From: Octopus vulgaris
Taxonomy: Eukaryota
Length of the DNA: 64,000 bases
Reading direction: 5' to 3'
Assembly (NCBI GenBank): GCA_951406725.2
Contig: OX597817.1
Span: 71,548,001-71,612,000 of the forward strand
A program made the position numbers and the translations under genes. The notes under the pieces are model-generated. The model did not search any database and had not been told where the DNA came from. It was given only the letters and a program-made list of their open reading frames with translations. Below, piece after piece: positions 14,016 to 29,164 of the stretch. Position 1 is the first letter of the stretch. Each line of letters starts with the position of its first letter.

Positions 14016-16512
14016 ATATCTTCAACGGGAAAGATGTTTTTTACTATTTCTCGATTAGTTTCTTCTTGTTGATCCAAGTGGGTGTTTTCAGTTTTTTTTT
14101 TTTTGTGCAAATTGTTTTAGACAGGAGCTTGTGTTTAATTTCGTGTTTTCTCTCACGCTTAGGGCAGATTTTTTTTCCTTTATTGATTTTAATGTAAAAA
14201 ATTTTCGACGGAAAGACTAAAAAAAAAACCAAACAAACAAAAAAAAAAAACAAAAAAAAAAAAAAAAAACGAAAAATGGTTTTGTTTAAAATATGATATC
14301 TTCAGTGGAAGATGTAGGAGTGAAGGTGGTTCCTAAATTTGCTGTGGAAACTTTGTAGAATATAAATAATACACAAGCTCACATAAATAGAAAAAAATTT
14401 TTATCTGATAAACGATGTAACAAGAAAAAAAAAAAAAGAAAGAAAGAAAAAGAAAAGAAAAAGGAAGGTGAAGAATTTTAAAAACAAAATGATTTTTCTT
14501 TGAGATATATTGAAACTGACAACGGTAACACTATGAACGAATGCTTAACATGAACATTAACTCTACCAATACTCTAAATATTAATAATAATACTAACGTT
14601 GCTAAGGTGGTCGACAGTGGTAACAACAATAACAGTAATGACATAAACTTAAGCAAAACAGCAACAACAACAACAACAACAACAACATATTTTGTCAGTG
14701 TCAGACGCGGGATGCAGGTTTGGGAAATGGAATTCATAAAGATCATAGGATCTTCTTCGTCGTCATCGTCGACACCGTTGCATTTTTAAATACTATTTTT
14801 ACTATTTCGTTGCAAGTATCTTTCTCTCTCATCGGACAGATAGACGATACAAAGGCGGACACGAAAAACAACAATTAGAGGAACAGGAAAAAAAGGACGG
14901 GTCATTGGTGGCCTTCTTTCGTCAGTCAAGTTACCAGATGTCCTTACAGTTTTAGGCAGTGACACTTGATATTTACGTGTATTTCATAAACTAATTATTA
15001 GTTATATAATTTGACTTGCATAAAGAAAACTTATAGTTAAATCGTTAGAAATGTGTACTTTTTATACGTATTTGAGTTGAAACCGTGTTGACAAAATTCG
15101 CTACAGAAAAATGCTATTAGTAAAAGCAGAGGGAATATTTATCATCCTCAAAATGGTACAATATAACAGTAATCCTTTTCTTCTGTACCTAGTTCAACTC
15201 CCAGAAGTGGTTCGGATAGCTGGTGGTGCAATCAGCGGGGCGGTCGGCTACGTATTTTGGAATCTCTGAGACAAGGGTGGGGTTAATGAATGCAGTGGAG
15301 ATGTGGGCATAGGCTGCATGAGAATGTATGTGGTGTGAGGGACAGATAGAGAGAAAGAGAGAGAAGGGAGGCAGAGTGAGGAGGGAGGCAGAGAGAGAGA
15401 GAGGGGAAGGCAGAGAGAGAGAGAGAGAGAGAGCGGGAGAAAAAGAGAGAGAGAAAGGAGGCAGAAAGAGAGAGGGAGACTTTAAGAGAGAGAGAGAGAA
15501 AGAGAGAGAGAGAAAGGAGGCAGAAAGAGAGAGGGAGACTTTAAGAGAGAGAGAAAGAGAGAGAGAGAGAAAGAAAAGACTTATATTAAGCTTAACTGAT
15601 CTCAACTGACTTCGATTTATATTAATGCCAAAGAACTTTTGTATTACACTACACACACATACATATTTATACATAAACACACACACATATTGTTGAAACC
15701 ATAAAAAATTTATAAACTTTCGAGAGAACGTGAAATAATTCCTTTTTTGAACAGCGGGTTTCGAAGCACACAAAAAGTTATAAATAATAACAATATTTGC
15801 AAGCTATTATTTATAGCTTTATGTGTGCTTCGAGATCTGTTGTTACGAAAGAGAATTTACACACACGCACGCGCACACACACGCACGCGCACACACACGC
15901 ACGCGCACACACACGCACGCGCACACACACGCACGCGCACACACACGCACGCGCACACACACGCACGCGCACACACACACGCACGCATTCACAGACCAAA
16001 GGGCAAATTTCAATTTCATTCCATTTAGAATTTTTTCTGTGTTACTCATTTGGTGCATCACTACCTACCTGAATTAGCTAAATTCACGCCATACTTTATG
16101 TATGTATGTATGAATGTATGTATGTATGTATGTATGTATGTATGTATTTACGTGTGGTTGTATGTGGTCCATACATATATGCATATATCTATATGTATAT
16201 ACTCATACGTATATGTATGTGTGTGTGCGTGTGTCTATATATGTATGTATAAATATGCATGCGTTTGTATATATTCACATACACACAGAATTGTTCATGA
16301 GCCAACACAGAAGACTTTGTGTAACCACTGAACATACTACAAATCACACCTGTCTGTCTTAATAAAAGAATATGTTAAGTAATGTACTCGTAGGTGCCCC
16401 CTTAAAAACATTGACTGCTCACACCTGGAATCTTCTTCTTTCCTACCTCTGCAACATTATTCAGTGATCGCTAGTTAGACAATGTATTCATACAATACAT
16501 CCATATATATAT

Positions 16513-16709
16513 GGCAGTCACCATGATAGATCGGTAGCCACTACACACATTTGTTTTCTCTCCTTGTTTCTCTCCTTGTTTTTCTGTTACCCTTTCTGTA
16601 GAAGAGCGTAGGCTCGAAACGTAAAAGACTTTTTCAGTTCCTGAGCGTTTTACTAATACATCTGTTTGTTTTGTACACCACCTGTCTCTGTCTTTTCGTG
16701 AACTGTCCC
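16513..16709 (+). mobile_element. Hammerhead-bearing non-autonomous element (Penelope pLTR/retrozyme-like), copy 1
   Basis: Flanked by (TA)n; pyrimidine-rich 5' part, hammerhead, then cctgagcg...taatac...ttgt, as in the other copies. Confidence 0.7.
16592..16627 (+). ncRNA. Minimal type I hammerhead ribozyme motif (A6U variant)
   Basis: CUUU-CUGUAGA-A-GAGC(GUAG)GCUC-GAAAC-GUA-AAAG. Confidence 0.65.
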
Positions 16710-16919
16710 TATATATATATATATATATATATCCCCACCTTTTTTTTTTACTTCGAGCCAAAGAATGGTGACAAGTTTAAAGCATTATTTTCTAAAATTG
16801 TTAACTGATGGCGAAAGACTGCTGATGACGTTGGAAAACGAAATTTACTTCTGACGTACATTTCTTAACCCCTATTGACCTATGCCTTACTTTGATTTCC
16901 AAATATTATGAATAGATAT

Positions 16920-17172
16920 TGTATTTGTACGTTTCTTCTTCACCTTACAGTGCATCTGAATATTTCTGAATATAACGTAATTGTTCGTATTTTCAATTTG
17001 TGAGATTTAAATATTTCTTAGACTCGACTTACCCTCAAGACGTAGCCGAAGTACTTGAAGTAATGGTGCCTACAGGAACACAGAATCTGAAATGCAATCA
17101 TCTAGCAGAGACACTGACTTCGATATCAATTCAGGCGTCGTGCAAGATGATGCACTAACATCATTCCCATTC
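16920..17172 (+). repeat. Old duplicate of 18640-18890, including an RTE RT fragment and its non-TE flank
   Basis: ttgtatttgt...cagtgcatctgaat...tattttcaatttgt.agattta...gaaatgcaatcatct...gacttcga...gtcgtgca is shared. Confidence 0.7.
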
Positions 17173-17306
17173 AAGAAGGAAGAAAATGCCAAAATAAGAA
17201 ATGATTTGGTTGCTATTTCTTATAGGTTGTGTGATATCGTAAAGGATTCCTCAATGCATGTTTACTGAAGTTGATATTGTTGTTGTTGTTGTTTTTGTTG
17301 TTGCAG

Positions 17307-17370
<64 letters not shown>

Positions 17371-17621
17371 TGTTTAACATTACCCCATACTTAATCCAGC
17401 AGATATAAGCTTAAAGGCACCTTCAATTGTGAACACCTCATCCGTATATCACAGACACGATGCATCTTGTATTACATTAGCCAAGACTGGAGAAACAATT
17501 TTGCAGTTGATTTTAGCAAGCCTAGTGACTACGTAAAGACTCCCTCACTGACTTACATGATGAAAAATTCTTCGCCTATGCTTTCTAAAGAATAATATTT
17601 AAAAAAAAACAACCTTCTGCT

Positions 17622-17985
17622 ATAGGTGCAGGCGTGGCTGGTGTGTAAGAAGCTTGCTTTCTAATCCCATGGCTCCGGGTTCAGTTCCACTATGTGGCAG
17701 CAGCTTGGGCAAGTGTTTTCTACTATAGCTCTGGCCGAATGAAGCCTTTTGAGTGGATCTAGAATATTTATGTATATGTTTGTCCTCCACTACCACTTGA
17801 CAACCAGTGTCTGTGTGTTTACGTCCCTGTAACAGCGGTTCGGCAAAAGAGACCGATAAAATAAGTACCAAGCTTGGTAAAAAATTTAAGTACTGGGATT
17901 CATTTATTCAGCTAAAATTTCTTCAAGGTGGTGCTCCAGCATGGCCAGTGTCTAATAACTGAGACGAGTGCAAAATAAAAGATAA
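17622..17985 (+). mobile_element. SINE family B
   Basis: ggtgcaggcgtggctg head, ttgggcaagtg core, ggtggtgctccagcatggcc tail. Confidence 0.85.
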
Positions 17986-18279
17986 AAGATAATATTTCTG
18001 CAGAAAATGTTTACAGTAGTCGATGTTTTACTTTGCAACGAGGGTGCAGTCACAGTTAAGGCCTTCGATTTGCTTTCTGATAACGGATTCAATCTTACTG
18101 TATGCCATCGTGGCTATGTCTAACTTACCATAAGATTCGAACCGAACCCAGCATTGTGATGAGGAAAATTCTGTATAGAAGCTTGCTGGTTAGATTCTAC
18201 CAGTAATTTAAAAGGACCAGGCGTTACATACAGTATCACGCTCCATCTGCTTGAAGGTTAGGTTAAGTGTATGTATATA

Positions 18280-18397
<118 letters not shown>

Positions 18398-18749
18398 TAT
18401 ATATATAAATATATATATATATCTACATATATATATATATATATATACATACATATATATATATATATATAAATAAATATATATATATATATATATATAT
18501 CTTTGTAATACTCAACCACTAACAAGTTAATACTACAAGTAACTAGTTCAAGTGATTGAATAACAGGAATGTATATCGTCGAAATCGACGTAAGATCCAT
18601 TTACTTAAGAATGTATGATAGTTGGAGATTGAATAAACATTGTATTTGTGCTTTCCTTCGTCTTAGTAGCCTCAGTGCATCTGAATTTATCTGAATATAT
18701 CTTGATTGCTCATATTTTCAATTTGTAAGATTTAGATATTTCTATTATC

Positions 18750-19412
18750 ACATCGACGTACCTTCCAGACATAGTAGCTGAAGTAATGAAGTTCTACAAG
18801 AACACAACAGCCGAAATGCAATCATCTGGAAGTGACACCGACTTCGACATCATTTCAAGTGTCGTGCAGTGATGCACTGGCACCAGTACCATTTTGCATC
18901 TGCCTGGGCTATGTTATTCGCACTTTAGTAGACAAAAGTAAAGAACTCAGTTTTAGTCTTACCAAAGCCACTTCTCGCTACTCAGGCACGACAATAACAG
19001 ATGCTGTCAATGGTATCGCTCGCTTTGCAGGTACCATTTCAGAAACTACCTTTCTTGTATGTAACTCTGAAATGCGTTGCATGTCAATGTCTAAAAATTG
19101 ATTACATTTGTTGCAATCAATAATCAAAATCAAAGAAAACACTTTAAAATTTCTTAAGAAATAACATCGCATTCACAGAAAAGAATTTTAAAAATTCTCC
19201 TTGAAAATCAAGGGTTGTTCTTGTTGTCCCCCATACCCTTTGGAAGTCACCCGTGCTGCAATGAAGTCTGACTGTCACTCACCAAGTACCAAGAGGCAAA
19301 GCTTAATAATTTGTGTACCCGCATTTAACGGGGAGGTCTGAATATATTTTGAAAAAAACCAACCGACTAAACAGAGACTGCTTGGCAGTATTCTTGCAAC
19401 CAGTGATATCAT

Positions 19413-19510
<98 letters not shown>

Positions 19511-19660
19511 GACGCATGCATTTTGTAAGACTTGTTGTAGAGCTAAGAACTCATTAGTTCCTCTACATGGATACACACGGGTCGACCGTCCGGCAAAAAC
19601 CTTCATCAACCAGTTCTATATGGATACGAGATGTTTCCCTGCTGAACCACTGTACTCGGC
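18750..19660 (+). mobile_element. Degraded RTE/RTE-X LINE (RT and C-terminal remnants)
   Basis: DALAPVPFCICLGYVIRTLVDKSKELSFSLTKATSRYSGTTITDA (cf. GDTLAPFLFIICLDY...ITDADYADD), later QPTKQRL...SDIMR(ER)n and HGYTRVDRPAKTFINQ. Confidence 0.75.
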
Positions 19661-20036
19661 CAGAAGATGGTTACCACATCTAGGTACATATACAATTTCT
19701 CCTCTTTTCTTCAAGGAGAGTGTTGTTTTGTCGCACGTTCGCACGTCAACTTTGATCTAAGTAGATGAATCTATAACGAAAGGAGTTTCTGCCTTGACCA
19801 ACCCATCCTTTTCTTTGTCATTGCGTACCTGGAACTATATTACCCCATGAGTCTCTATTTTTAAGATGGAAGATTGTGATGTGCGGTAAATTTGGCTGAT
19901 ATTTATAGCAGGTCGAGCGACCACGAATAACAAGTTGGTTTGTTCTCAAAGATATTTCCGTGTAATCATTAAAAATGATGGATAGAGATTTTGTCTTTAT
20001 TACCCTGCTCTCTTTTTGCATTGTCTTTTTCCCTCT

Positions 20037-20119
<83 letters not shown>

Positions 20120-20991
20120 CGTGTGTTGATAATCTTCTATCATTTTCCAAATTATTCTAGCTTGATTTTCAGACAGTCGCTGCAGTGTATTGTAATTATT
20201 GGCAATGCCTTAAAGCGAATCAGTGAACAAAATGCAAATAAGAATATATATTATTTCAGTAAATGATGTCAAATTATAGGTAAACGCTGGGGGGTTACAG
20301 AAAAGCTTTTCCTACATAATCTCTTTATTTATTTAGACTATCCTTCATTGCACCACTAACATATTTTCCTCTTATATCTTCTTGCATTTAATTATTACTT
20401 ATTTATTTTACAGGAAGAAAATTCAGGAAGATGGTTTACGCAAAATGTATTACTGTATATATCTGCACATAAGTCGTAAAAGATGGCAGCCAATATTTCC
20501 ATTTAAGATGTACATTTGAAGCTATGTAGTCTGTAAAGGACCCCCCTACAATAGCGAACAACTGATTTTACAAACTTTGGTTTTCGTTCAAATTATGAAA
20601 ATTTTTCATAAAAGAGACGCTTGTGATTTTGGCATGCTTTAATATGCGTTGAATCAAACGCAACATTTGTATCCTACAATTTATATATAAAGGTTATCTA
20701 TGTTACATAGTTTTCTATTTTGGCAATATGGAAGATATTCTAGTAGTTACAGAGGAATTAGCATTTATGAGAGCTTACTACATTAATATCTCTTTAACAA
20801 CTATCCCAGTGGCCAGTACAACGGTACTTTTATGTACCATACCTAACCAGTCTTGATTATTAAAATCTAGCCAATTGATTTTTACTGCTTGTCAGCCGTT
20901 GCAAATGGCGACCGGTGTAAGTCAGCTAAATTCATTGGGCTGTTAATTTAAAATATGTTAGGTTTATTATAAATTTCTATTAATTTAAAGA

Positions 20992-21250
20992 GGGTGCATG
21001 TGCTAGTGGTTAGGGTGTTGCATTCACGATCGCGAGATTGTGGTTTCAATTCCCGGAGTGGGTGGTGTGTTGTGCTTTTGAGCAAAACTCTTCAACTTAC
21101 GTTGTTCTGCGATCACTTCGACACCTGACGTATGGCACACCGTGCATCTGTTCAGACAACATCGATTCGATGTAAGGAGTGAACATTTAATTAGTATAAA
21201 CAAATGATTTGTGCAGATTGTTCAGCAAGAAATTGCAGAACCGTTTATCT
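20992..21250 (+). mobile_element. SINE family C (tRNA-like head)
   Basis: ctagtggttagggtgttgcattcacgatcgcgagattgtggtttcaattccc (A/B-box-like), followed by gtgttgtgcttttgagcaaaac. Confidence 0.7.
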
Positions 21251-23239
21251 CGAACTACGAGGTACTGCCATCATTAATTTAATATAACTTCACTAGTAAT
21301 CCACTCTCACAGTTTTCTAGTAAAAAAAATTTGTGTAGTTAGACCATACAGACATGAAAGTATCTGCCATGGTATATTAAGTTCTAAACAGCAGTTTTAG
21401 AATGGTGAAGTTCAGATTTTATATTCTGTCTTGAAGATTATCCCTGTCTTTTTTGTTTTTTGTTTTAAAATCTTTTACGACTGAATTCCATTCTGTACAT
21501 AGATACATACGATAGGTTTTCCTCGTCCACAAGAGAAACATTATTAAAGCGAAAGTAAGATCAGGTATGTTGTAGAAAAATATTGTACTGTGTGACTAGT
21601 TTTATTTTTTCAGATAGGATGTACGGGAGATAACTTCGGACATTTCATCCTAATTTGAAATCTTCGGTAGAAATATAATCTCGCCACTCAGTGATCTATA
21701 TGTTGCTAATGAATAATTGAATATATACAAACAATGTCTCTGTGTATGACTTTAAAATTTAACCGGTAGAGGGGCTCTGGTTCGGGAGTTCTAGGGTTTT
21801 GAGGAGAATGGAACCACTTCTTTGAAACTATACGAGTAGTTCCCAGGTCTTCTCTAACACGGAGTTGTAGCACGTTTTAGGCTCCAAGCTTAGGGTAAAT
21901 TAGCTTATTAGGGCTTGCCTACTTATGCTTGGGACGATTAGATCCAGCGGACACTGTGAAGAAACCTTCATGGTTCAACAGAAAGAAAGGCGGCAGCAGC
22001 AACGCATTATGGAATATAGAGAGAAAGATAAGGCAAGTAAAACATCTTGGTCGTTGACTGCATCTGTCTCCATCCCCAGTAATTTTGATCCTGTCTGGTT
22101 ATTAGATTGCTTTGGGCACGGACGAGAGAGCAACTTTAAAGCAAATTCGCCGCGCAAGTCATCAGTCATCCTCGAGGATGACTTAATGGTCCTCGTCGCT
22201 TCGACGGACTAACATATATGCAAAATGAAATATGTGATGGAAGAGAGTTACAAAGAGAGAGAGAGAGAGAGAGAGTAGTTGGCAAAAAGAGTGAGAGAGA
22301 GAGCAGGAGGTGGGAGAAAGAAGGAGAGTAAGAGAGAGAAGGTTGGAGAAAGAAAGTGAGAAAAAATATTTAGATATGAAATAATTCTCAAATAACGACT
22401 ACATGATAAACAAATAGTTAAGTGGTTGTAAACATTTTAAATACCTATTTTTTTTAATGGATGTTAATGCTTTAATGTCCGTGTTGTTATAATTCGCCAA
22501 TGTTTGTGCTTTTCTCTTAATCTTGAGTTACTAAGAATTTTTTTTTTCATAATTATACATTAAAGCGAAATGCACTTCAAACTGAGTCGAAATTCCGTTA
22601 TAGTAAATTACAATTTTTAATGCTATATAATGGACAATCAACATGGTTATGTGGTTAAAAATTTAAATTTTTACTCTACGGTACTTTTGGTAAATTACTT
22701 ATAATGTAGATCTGGATAAGCCAAAGCTTTGTATTTATAATTTAGTGGACGAATGGTGCGTATAATATCGTTGGCTGTATGTATGCATGTATGTAATTAT
22801 TCAATTTTATTTCAAGATTTCTTGCCATTAGAGAAAGAGCCGGTCTCTAACCTAAATGAGGGTTCTTCATTGGAATTTCAACATTAACAGATATTTTTGC
22901 ATGTATATATGTATGTATATGTGCAGTGTTTGGAGTCAGTACAAGTGCTGATTTGTATTTTTTTGTTTTATGTATGCATTCTAACACATTATAGTTGCAT
23001 GTCTAGACATGCGCATATATACTTAAATGATAAACTTCTGAAAAGTTTTACAGATTTTTATAGTTCCAGTGATGTTTTTTTTTAGTTCCAGTGATGGTTT
23101 TTTTTACAGTTCTAGTGATGATTTTTTTTCGATGACATTTTTGGGCAGCTGCTAATCACATGTTTGATGTCTTTTATATCAACATTACATAATCTACGTT
23201 TTCGATTGTATCTTGAAGCACCAAATGCTTCACTGTCTT

Positions 23240-23660
23240 CGCATTTTCCTCTTTCTTCTGATTTTCCCCATTTTCTATAATTTTTTGTCTAAATTTCTGA
23301 GAAACTTAAGCTCAAAACATCGAATGCACCACTATTACATACTCCTCACTGAACGTCAAACTAATAATCACACATTGTAAAGACGGCGAGTTGCCAAGAT
23401 CTTTAGCCAGCCGAGTTTAATGCTTAGCGGCGTTTCGTCCGTCTTAACGTTCTGAGTTCAACTTCTTCGAAGGTCGACTTTGCCTTTCATCTTTTCGGGG
23501 TCAATAAAATAAGTACCAGTTGAACACTAGAGTCTGTATAGTCAACTTATCTCCTTTCCGAAACTGCTGGCTTTGTGGCAAAATTTGAAATCAATAACTA
23601 CACGTTGTTCTCATTTTAATTTTTCGTGTTTTTAATGCTCATTGTTATTTTGCGCATAAT
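23240..23660 (+). mobile_element. Highly degraded hammerhead-family element (copy 2) interrupted by SINE A (23382-23590)
   Basis: atttctga-gaaacttaagctcaaaacatcgaat (decayed hammerhead), then ctgaacgtcaaactaataatc. The SINE is flanked by aataatcacac/aataactacac. Confidence 0.5.
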
Positions 23661-23714
23661 TACATGTACACGTGTGAGCTCCTACATACCACGCACACAC
23701 ACACGCACACATAC

Positions 23715-23749
<35 letters not shown>

Positions 23750-23920
23750 CACATTTGCATCAGAAGGTAAAGTGATCTGTGTTGAATGAAAATACCTTAC
23801 AGTATTTCTATCGATCTCGGTTGTCTCATCTTATGTATAGTTGATTTTGCCATCCGTTTTCCTTAGAAATCGATAAAATAAATACAAAGAAAAAAAAACA
23901 TTGTGATTAATATAATAATA

Positions 23921-24140
23921 TAAGAGAGGATGCTGAAAAGTTCCTGGCTTTAAGGGTATCGCGAAAGACCTGGTTTTAGGTCCAACCTTTCGAGTTCTTT
24001 TACAAGGCTGAGAAAAACTGAAGGACCGCCGCAATAAGTGGGTGAATCTAAGAGGGGAATATGTTGAATAAAATCATAATTAACTGATCCTCTTGTATTT
24101 TATTTTACTCAAAGTCAGGCATTTTTCAACTCCCCTCGTA
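23921..24140 (+). mobile_element. Mariner-derived MITE
   Basis: TIRs taagagaggatgctgaaaagttcctggcttt / aaagtcaggcatttttcaactcccctcgta; internal EKLKDRRNKWVNLRGEYVE* resembles a mariner C-terminus. Confidence 0.85.
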
Positions 24141-25099
24141 TACCCTCGCAGCCTGTGACTCAGCATGTCCTCTGTTCGATACATGGAACCACTAAAAAAA
24201 AAAAAAAATTGAATCGGTCCGAAATCCTGATGTCATTCAATTTCGGCGCTTCAAAATTAATGCGATTCCTTTTATTTTACAAATTTCTTTCGTGTCTTCG
24301 AACTCTTACAAAAACTAAAAGCACCGGTAGATTTGATGGCAGGGTCAACCAAGCATCGACCTTGTGATATTCTTTTCACCCCTTTCTGTTCTGACTTAAA
24401 ATTATAGTTCAACAGTACCTTTTGTCTTGCTGAGATCGATAAAATAAATACGAACCATATGTTAGAGCTGATATATGCAACAATAACTTTAATGGTAGTG
24501 CTTCCGCATGCTCTTGGTTCAATAAATGAAAGCAATAAAAAAGGACACAGCATTAGAAAGAACAAAGAAAAAGAACAATGCACGACGTAGTTGGTCGCTA
24601 TGTATATAACAACAAATGTTAGTTCTATAAAATCAGCAGTGACTAAGAGAAATAAAAATAAAGTTAACTTGATAGATTATATTTTTTGAACTATAAACTT
24701 TGACTTTTCGTGTATTTGTTTGCTACACTGTATTTCAATTGGTTAGATTTTAGATCGCCTTGATGTGTCATAATTTTCTTTCAGTTACAGACATACGCAC
24801 ACATATATGCACATATTGCATTATATATATATATATACACACATAAACGAGGACACACACACACATATATATATACATACATGTTACATGTATATGTGTG
24901 TGTATATATATATAAATGTGTATGTATGTGTATATATATATGTATACATACACACACACATATATATAAATGCATATATATACATATATATATATATCTA
25001 TATCTTAATAGATAGGTTGTTATACAAACGAAGGAAAATAGAAGTAAAAATATGTTATGAGAGTTGAAATTATTTAAAACTTTGACTTAGCTCCAACAT

Positions 25100-26560
25100 T
25101 ACCTAGAGTTTCGTAGACGTTGATAACGGTTCAAGTTCACTGATGTCTAGAGTGAGAGTGAGAAGAAAGTGACCACAGTTTGTATATGATAATACGTAAT
25201 GACGAAGACAGTCTTGTTTCATTAGATGGTATACATTTGTAGTATTTGATAACTTAGCGACATCATGTAGTGAGGAGAAGTAACAGATGTCCCATGTGGA
25301 AAGGTTTATTAGTTTGGAGATGCTCGGTTTATAATCTATCATCCTGATGCTGACGCCATCTATATAAGCTAACGTAGACTTCTTGTGTCCAAGTTAGAGA
25401 GGGATATCACTCGACCCTTTCAGCTTCTTCAGCAGTCGCTCGAGAGCTAGCACATACATACGAGAGGAAAAGGGACAGCATTGACAGACCGACTGTGTGA
25501 TGCGGAATAGTTTCGAGAAGTGGCCGTTTACTTTGTTTACTGAATAATCTCTAAACTGGGTCCGGACCCAGTCGTTTTCAACATGATCTTTAAATAACGA
25601 CAGTCAAGATTATAGAAAGCATTTCATTGATCCAAATTGATTATGGTTCCGCCGAACCAGCTTTATTCCAAACCCTCTCTATGGTGTAACGCATGAAGTG
25701 GAGGTTGTGACGAATGGACCTGCTTGGATTCGCGCACGTTTGTACTTCCTCGACCAAGCCTCAGACGATAAGTGCAAACATTTTACTAACATCTAAGCTA
25801 AAATATTAAACTCTGAATCAGTAGAGTTATCTACTACGTTTCCGTCTTCGGCGTCCTATCTCGGCAGTGAGGTCACTCACCATTGACTGGTGTTGAATAG
25901 AAGTCCTTTCTATACCTGTAGTCAATGTCTGCCAATATATTGCCAAACAAGTCTGGCACATATTCGTAACACACACCATGAAAAACATTTAAACGGGGCG
26001 ATTTTCGTCCTAAGCAACCACTCAGCACATTCCGCATTTCAGTAACTGCTATCGCTTTTTATTTATAGCACCTTGCATCTTATATCCCGAGTCGCGGCAA
26101 GTAATTGACGCAGGCACTACAGTTCACCAACTTCTCCGACCCACCACTCACCTCGAACACTTAAGCAAAATGTTGTGGGCACGCTGCACACATATGCTCA
26201 GAACCTAGTAGTAAACACCCGTCTCAGTTCAGCAAAAAACCGGCTTGTGGTTTTGCTGTCACGCCGCACATTCGCCAGCGGAGCTCATCGGGTACTTTTT
26301 ATTCCCATGCCCGGAACCTTTATTCTGAATCCGTAGTCTTTGCGTTATTCGTTGAATGAACCATTTATGTCACTTTGTGTCGATCGCCATGCTTCTACTA
26401 ATCGCCTCTTGTAGATTACCAACTAATTCTCTCTCAACTATATTTCTCCCTCTCAATGGTGTTTTGCTGAATTATATTGATTCTGATCTAATTGTCTTCT
26501 TCAGAGCGTCTCACCATCAGTGTTTGACGATTACCTCAGTCAATTGTCGCTCAATAATCC
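25100..26560 (-). mobile_element. Possible very old Gypsy-like LTR retrotransposon remnant
   Basis: GC-richer unique island with only weak gag-like and integrase-zinc-finger-like fragments (FSSLHDV...MKQDC); no LTR seen. Confidence 0.3.
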
Positions 26561-27462
26561 GTTAATCTAGTGGCTGTAGTCTTTGTGCACCGGTAAAGAC
26601 GCAGACGCATTCAACTTCTAATAACAGGATCCTTGTCTTAGGATCCTGTCTAAGTCGACAGTGCAGATGACAAATTTGTTATCTGTGTAGCGGCGCTGTT
26701 TGTATTGTGAATATCTTAAACTATTATATCTGTTTACCTATCAAAAAGACAAAAAAAAATTTCAAATCCGACCTGGATGATCCACTATGCTTGCTCTATG
26801 TCTTCGCTGGTGTATTCACGAAATTCTGTCGATATTTGTCAGATATTTGGAAACGTCTGACCAAATTTTCGAAGCTTTCACCCCTTCTCCGCTCTCGCCC
26901 TATAAAATGCTACCGTGTGTCTCAGTTAAGCGGAGCCGGTGCGCAATAATACCGTCGAGAGCAAGGCCCCGAAACGGCGAGCATTCACTTCTGCGTGCTA
27001 GCATCCGGTATGCAGAGCTTTCAACTAGTAGCACTTGCATCTGCAAGTTATTTGCAAGAAATCTATCCTGTTTTTTCTCTCTCATCCCATCGTCTTGTTA
27101 TGCCTTGTGGGCACACTTTGAAGATTGCGTGAAGGCATCAGACGTGTTAAAAAAATGCTGTCTGGGATGTTTTCATCGCATGAAATTAATAGTAGGTCAA
27201 AGAAAAATTATATATTGTGTTTATTAAATAATATTTATCTCTCACCAGATGGTGTACTTTTTTTGTTGATCTTACTATCACGGAATAGTACATTATATAT
27301 ATATATATAAATTCGAAAGAAACACTTTTTATCAATTCAAAATGAACAATTAAATTACACCATCTAGAAAATTACATATAATAGAAATATTAAAATATAA
27401 AATAACAATAATACACCGATGATTAAGTAATGTGCAAAATAATAAATAGAACGTATATATTT

Positions 27463-27524
<62 letters not shown>

Positions 27525-27784
27525 GTATGTATGTATGCTTATGTGTTGTGCATAAACATGCATACAAATGCATATAGGAATACGCCTGTATGTAAGATGT
27601 GAATATTGAAGCAGGTAAATATAGGTTATCTGCCTGTGAACGGAATGCTGACCAATTTAACAACCAGCATAACAGAAGTATACCAGACAAATACACGAAA
27701 TGTGAATATTAATAGTTGTTCATAAATATATATTTTCCAACAAAGAGCTTGTTTTTCCATTCATTGTATGTATCAAATCTATAC

Positions 27785-27825
<41 letters not shown>

Positions 27826-29074
27826 AAGCACGTGTTCAAATATGCAGAGATTGACAGACTGATAGATACATTCTGCTAATAAAATCTGTTGTATATGTAG
27901 ATTTATTCAAGGTTTGCCAAGGTTGGGTAGCTCGAAAGAATATGGTCGATTGTTTCTTTGTAGTCTCTATACAGTTTCTACAAATGCTGTTGGTCTATAT
28001 TTGTATTCTTGAAATAGTTCTTGGTTTCTAAATACTATCATTTATTTTGTTTGCACTTTGAAGAAACCATAAATTTTAACTATATATCGGTAGATTTTTT
28101 TTCAAATACTGGAATTCTATTCTGAAATTGAATATCAGAATTCTACTCTTCTAAACAAAATTGTGCTTTTTCTGGTCACTGGTGTTATTTGAAGTTAAAT
28201 AATATATAGATAAATAAATATATATAAGTCAGGGGTTATAGACATTTACACTTTTTCTTTATATATATATATATATATATATACATACACATTCACACAC
28301 TCACGTGTTTGTGTATTCATACATATATTTGGTAATGTCATTTTCCAGTTTATATGCATAGTTTCTGAAAACTCGAATATCATCGTTTCTACAATGATTA
28401 TTGTTTCTCTCGCTGCATCATCATCATCATCATCATCATCGTCGTCGTCGTCGTCGTCAAATTTATCTTGTTTACCTCTTGTTCAGTGTGTTCATGTACA
28501 TTGGTGTTTTTTTTTTACTGTCTTGTTAATACAGTTAAGATTTATGCTTTTAAACGTTAAAATAAAATAACCTTTTTATACGTATTTTGTAAACTTCTTC
28601 GTGGTTTTTGGTTTTTGTGCTACTTCGTTTTTCTTCTAAAAAGCTATTTTCGTACTTTTGTATGTTTCTCAGAGTTGAAGCCATCTTGACTTATAGGTAA
28701 ACAAAACAGGAATATGAAATATCCGAATATGAGAGATCTTACGTCTCCCAAATGCAGGAGTCGATATTCAACGTGTCACAATAAATTTCCTATTGGAAAT
28801 GATCTTTTAAATTTAAAAAAAAACATCCAAAATTCTTGTAAACTTTTATAACACGTCTGTACATTGGAAAGGGAGCAACAAGAGCAACAAATTGATGTGG
28901 GGCAGAGATCCAATGCTATAAATATATGGTTTCTTGTCGAAAATTATCAGGAAAAGAAATATGAAGAATTCTACCCGAGAAAAAATATTTTTAAAGTTGT
29001 CATCGGCTAAAAAAATAATAAATTATCACTGGGAAAGTAAAGCAAATTTATCGCTGGGAAATAAAAGCAACATT

Positions 29075-29131
<57 letters not shown>

Positions 29132-29164
29132 AACAACATTATATCATGTTATTACTATACTTCC

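Noticed and set aside
20992-21065. tRNA-like sequences at SINE heads (also 7761, 9494, 32369)
   Set aside because: No complete cloverleaf, and they continue into SINE bodies.
21925-22212. 95-aa ORF
   Set aside because: No recognisable homology or splice context, and it is adjacent to decayed repeat sequence.
26700-27230. 146-aa ORF or possible Tc1 remnant
   Set aside because: No recognisable motif strong enough to call.
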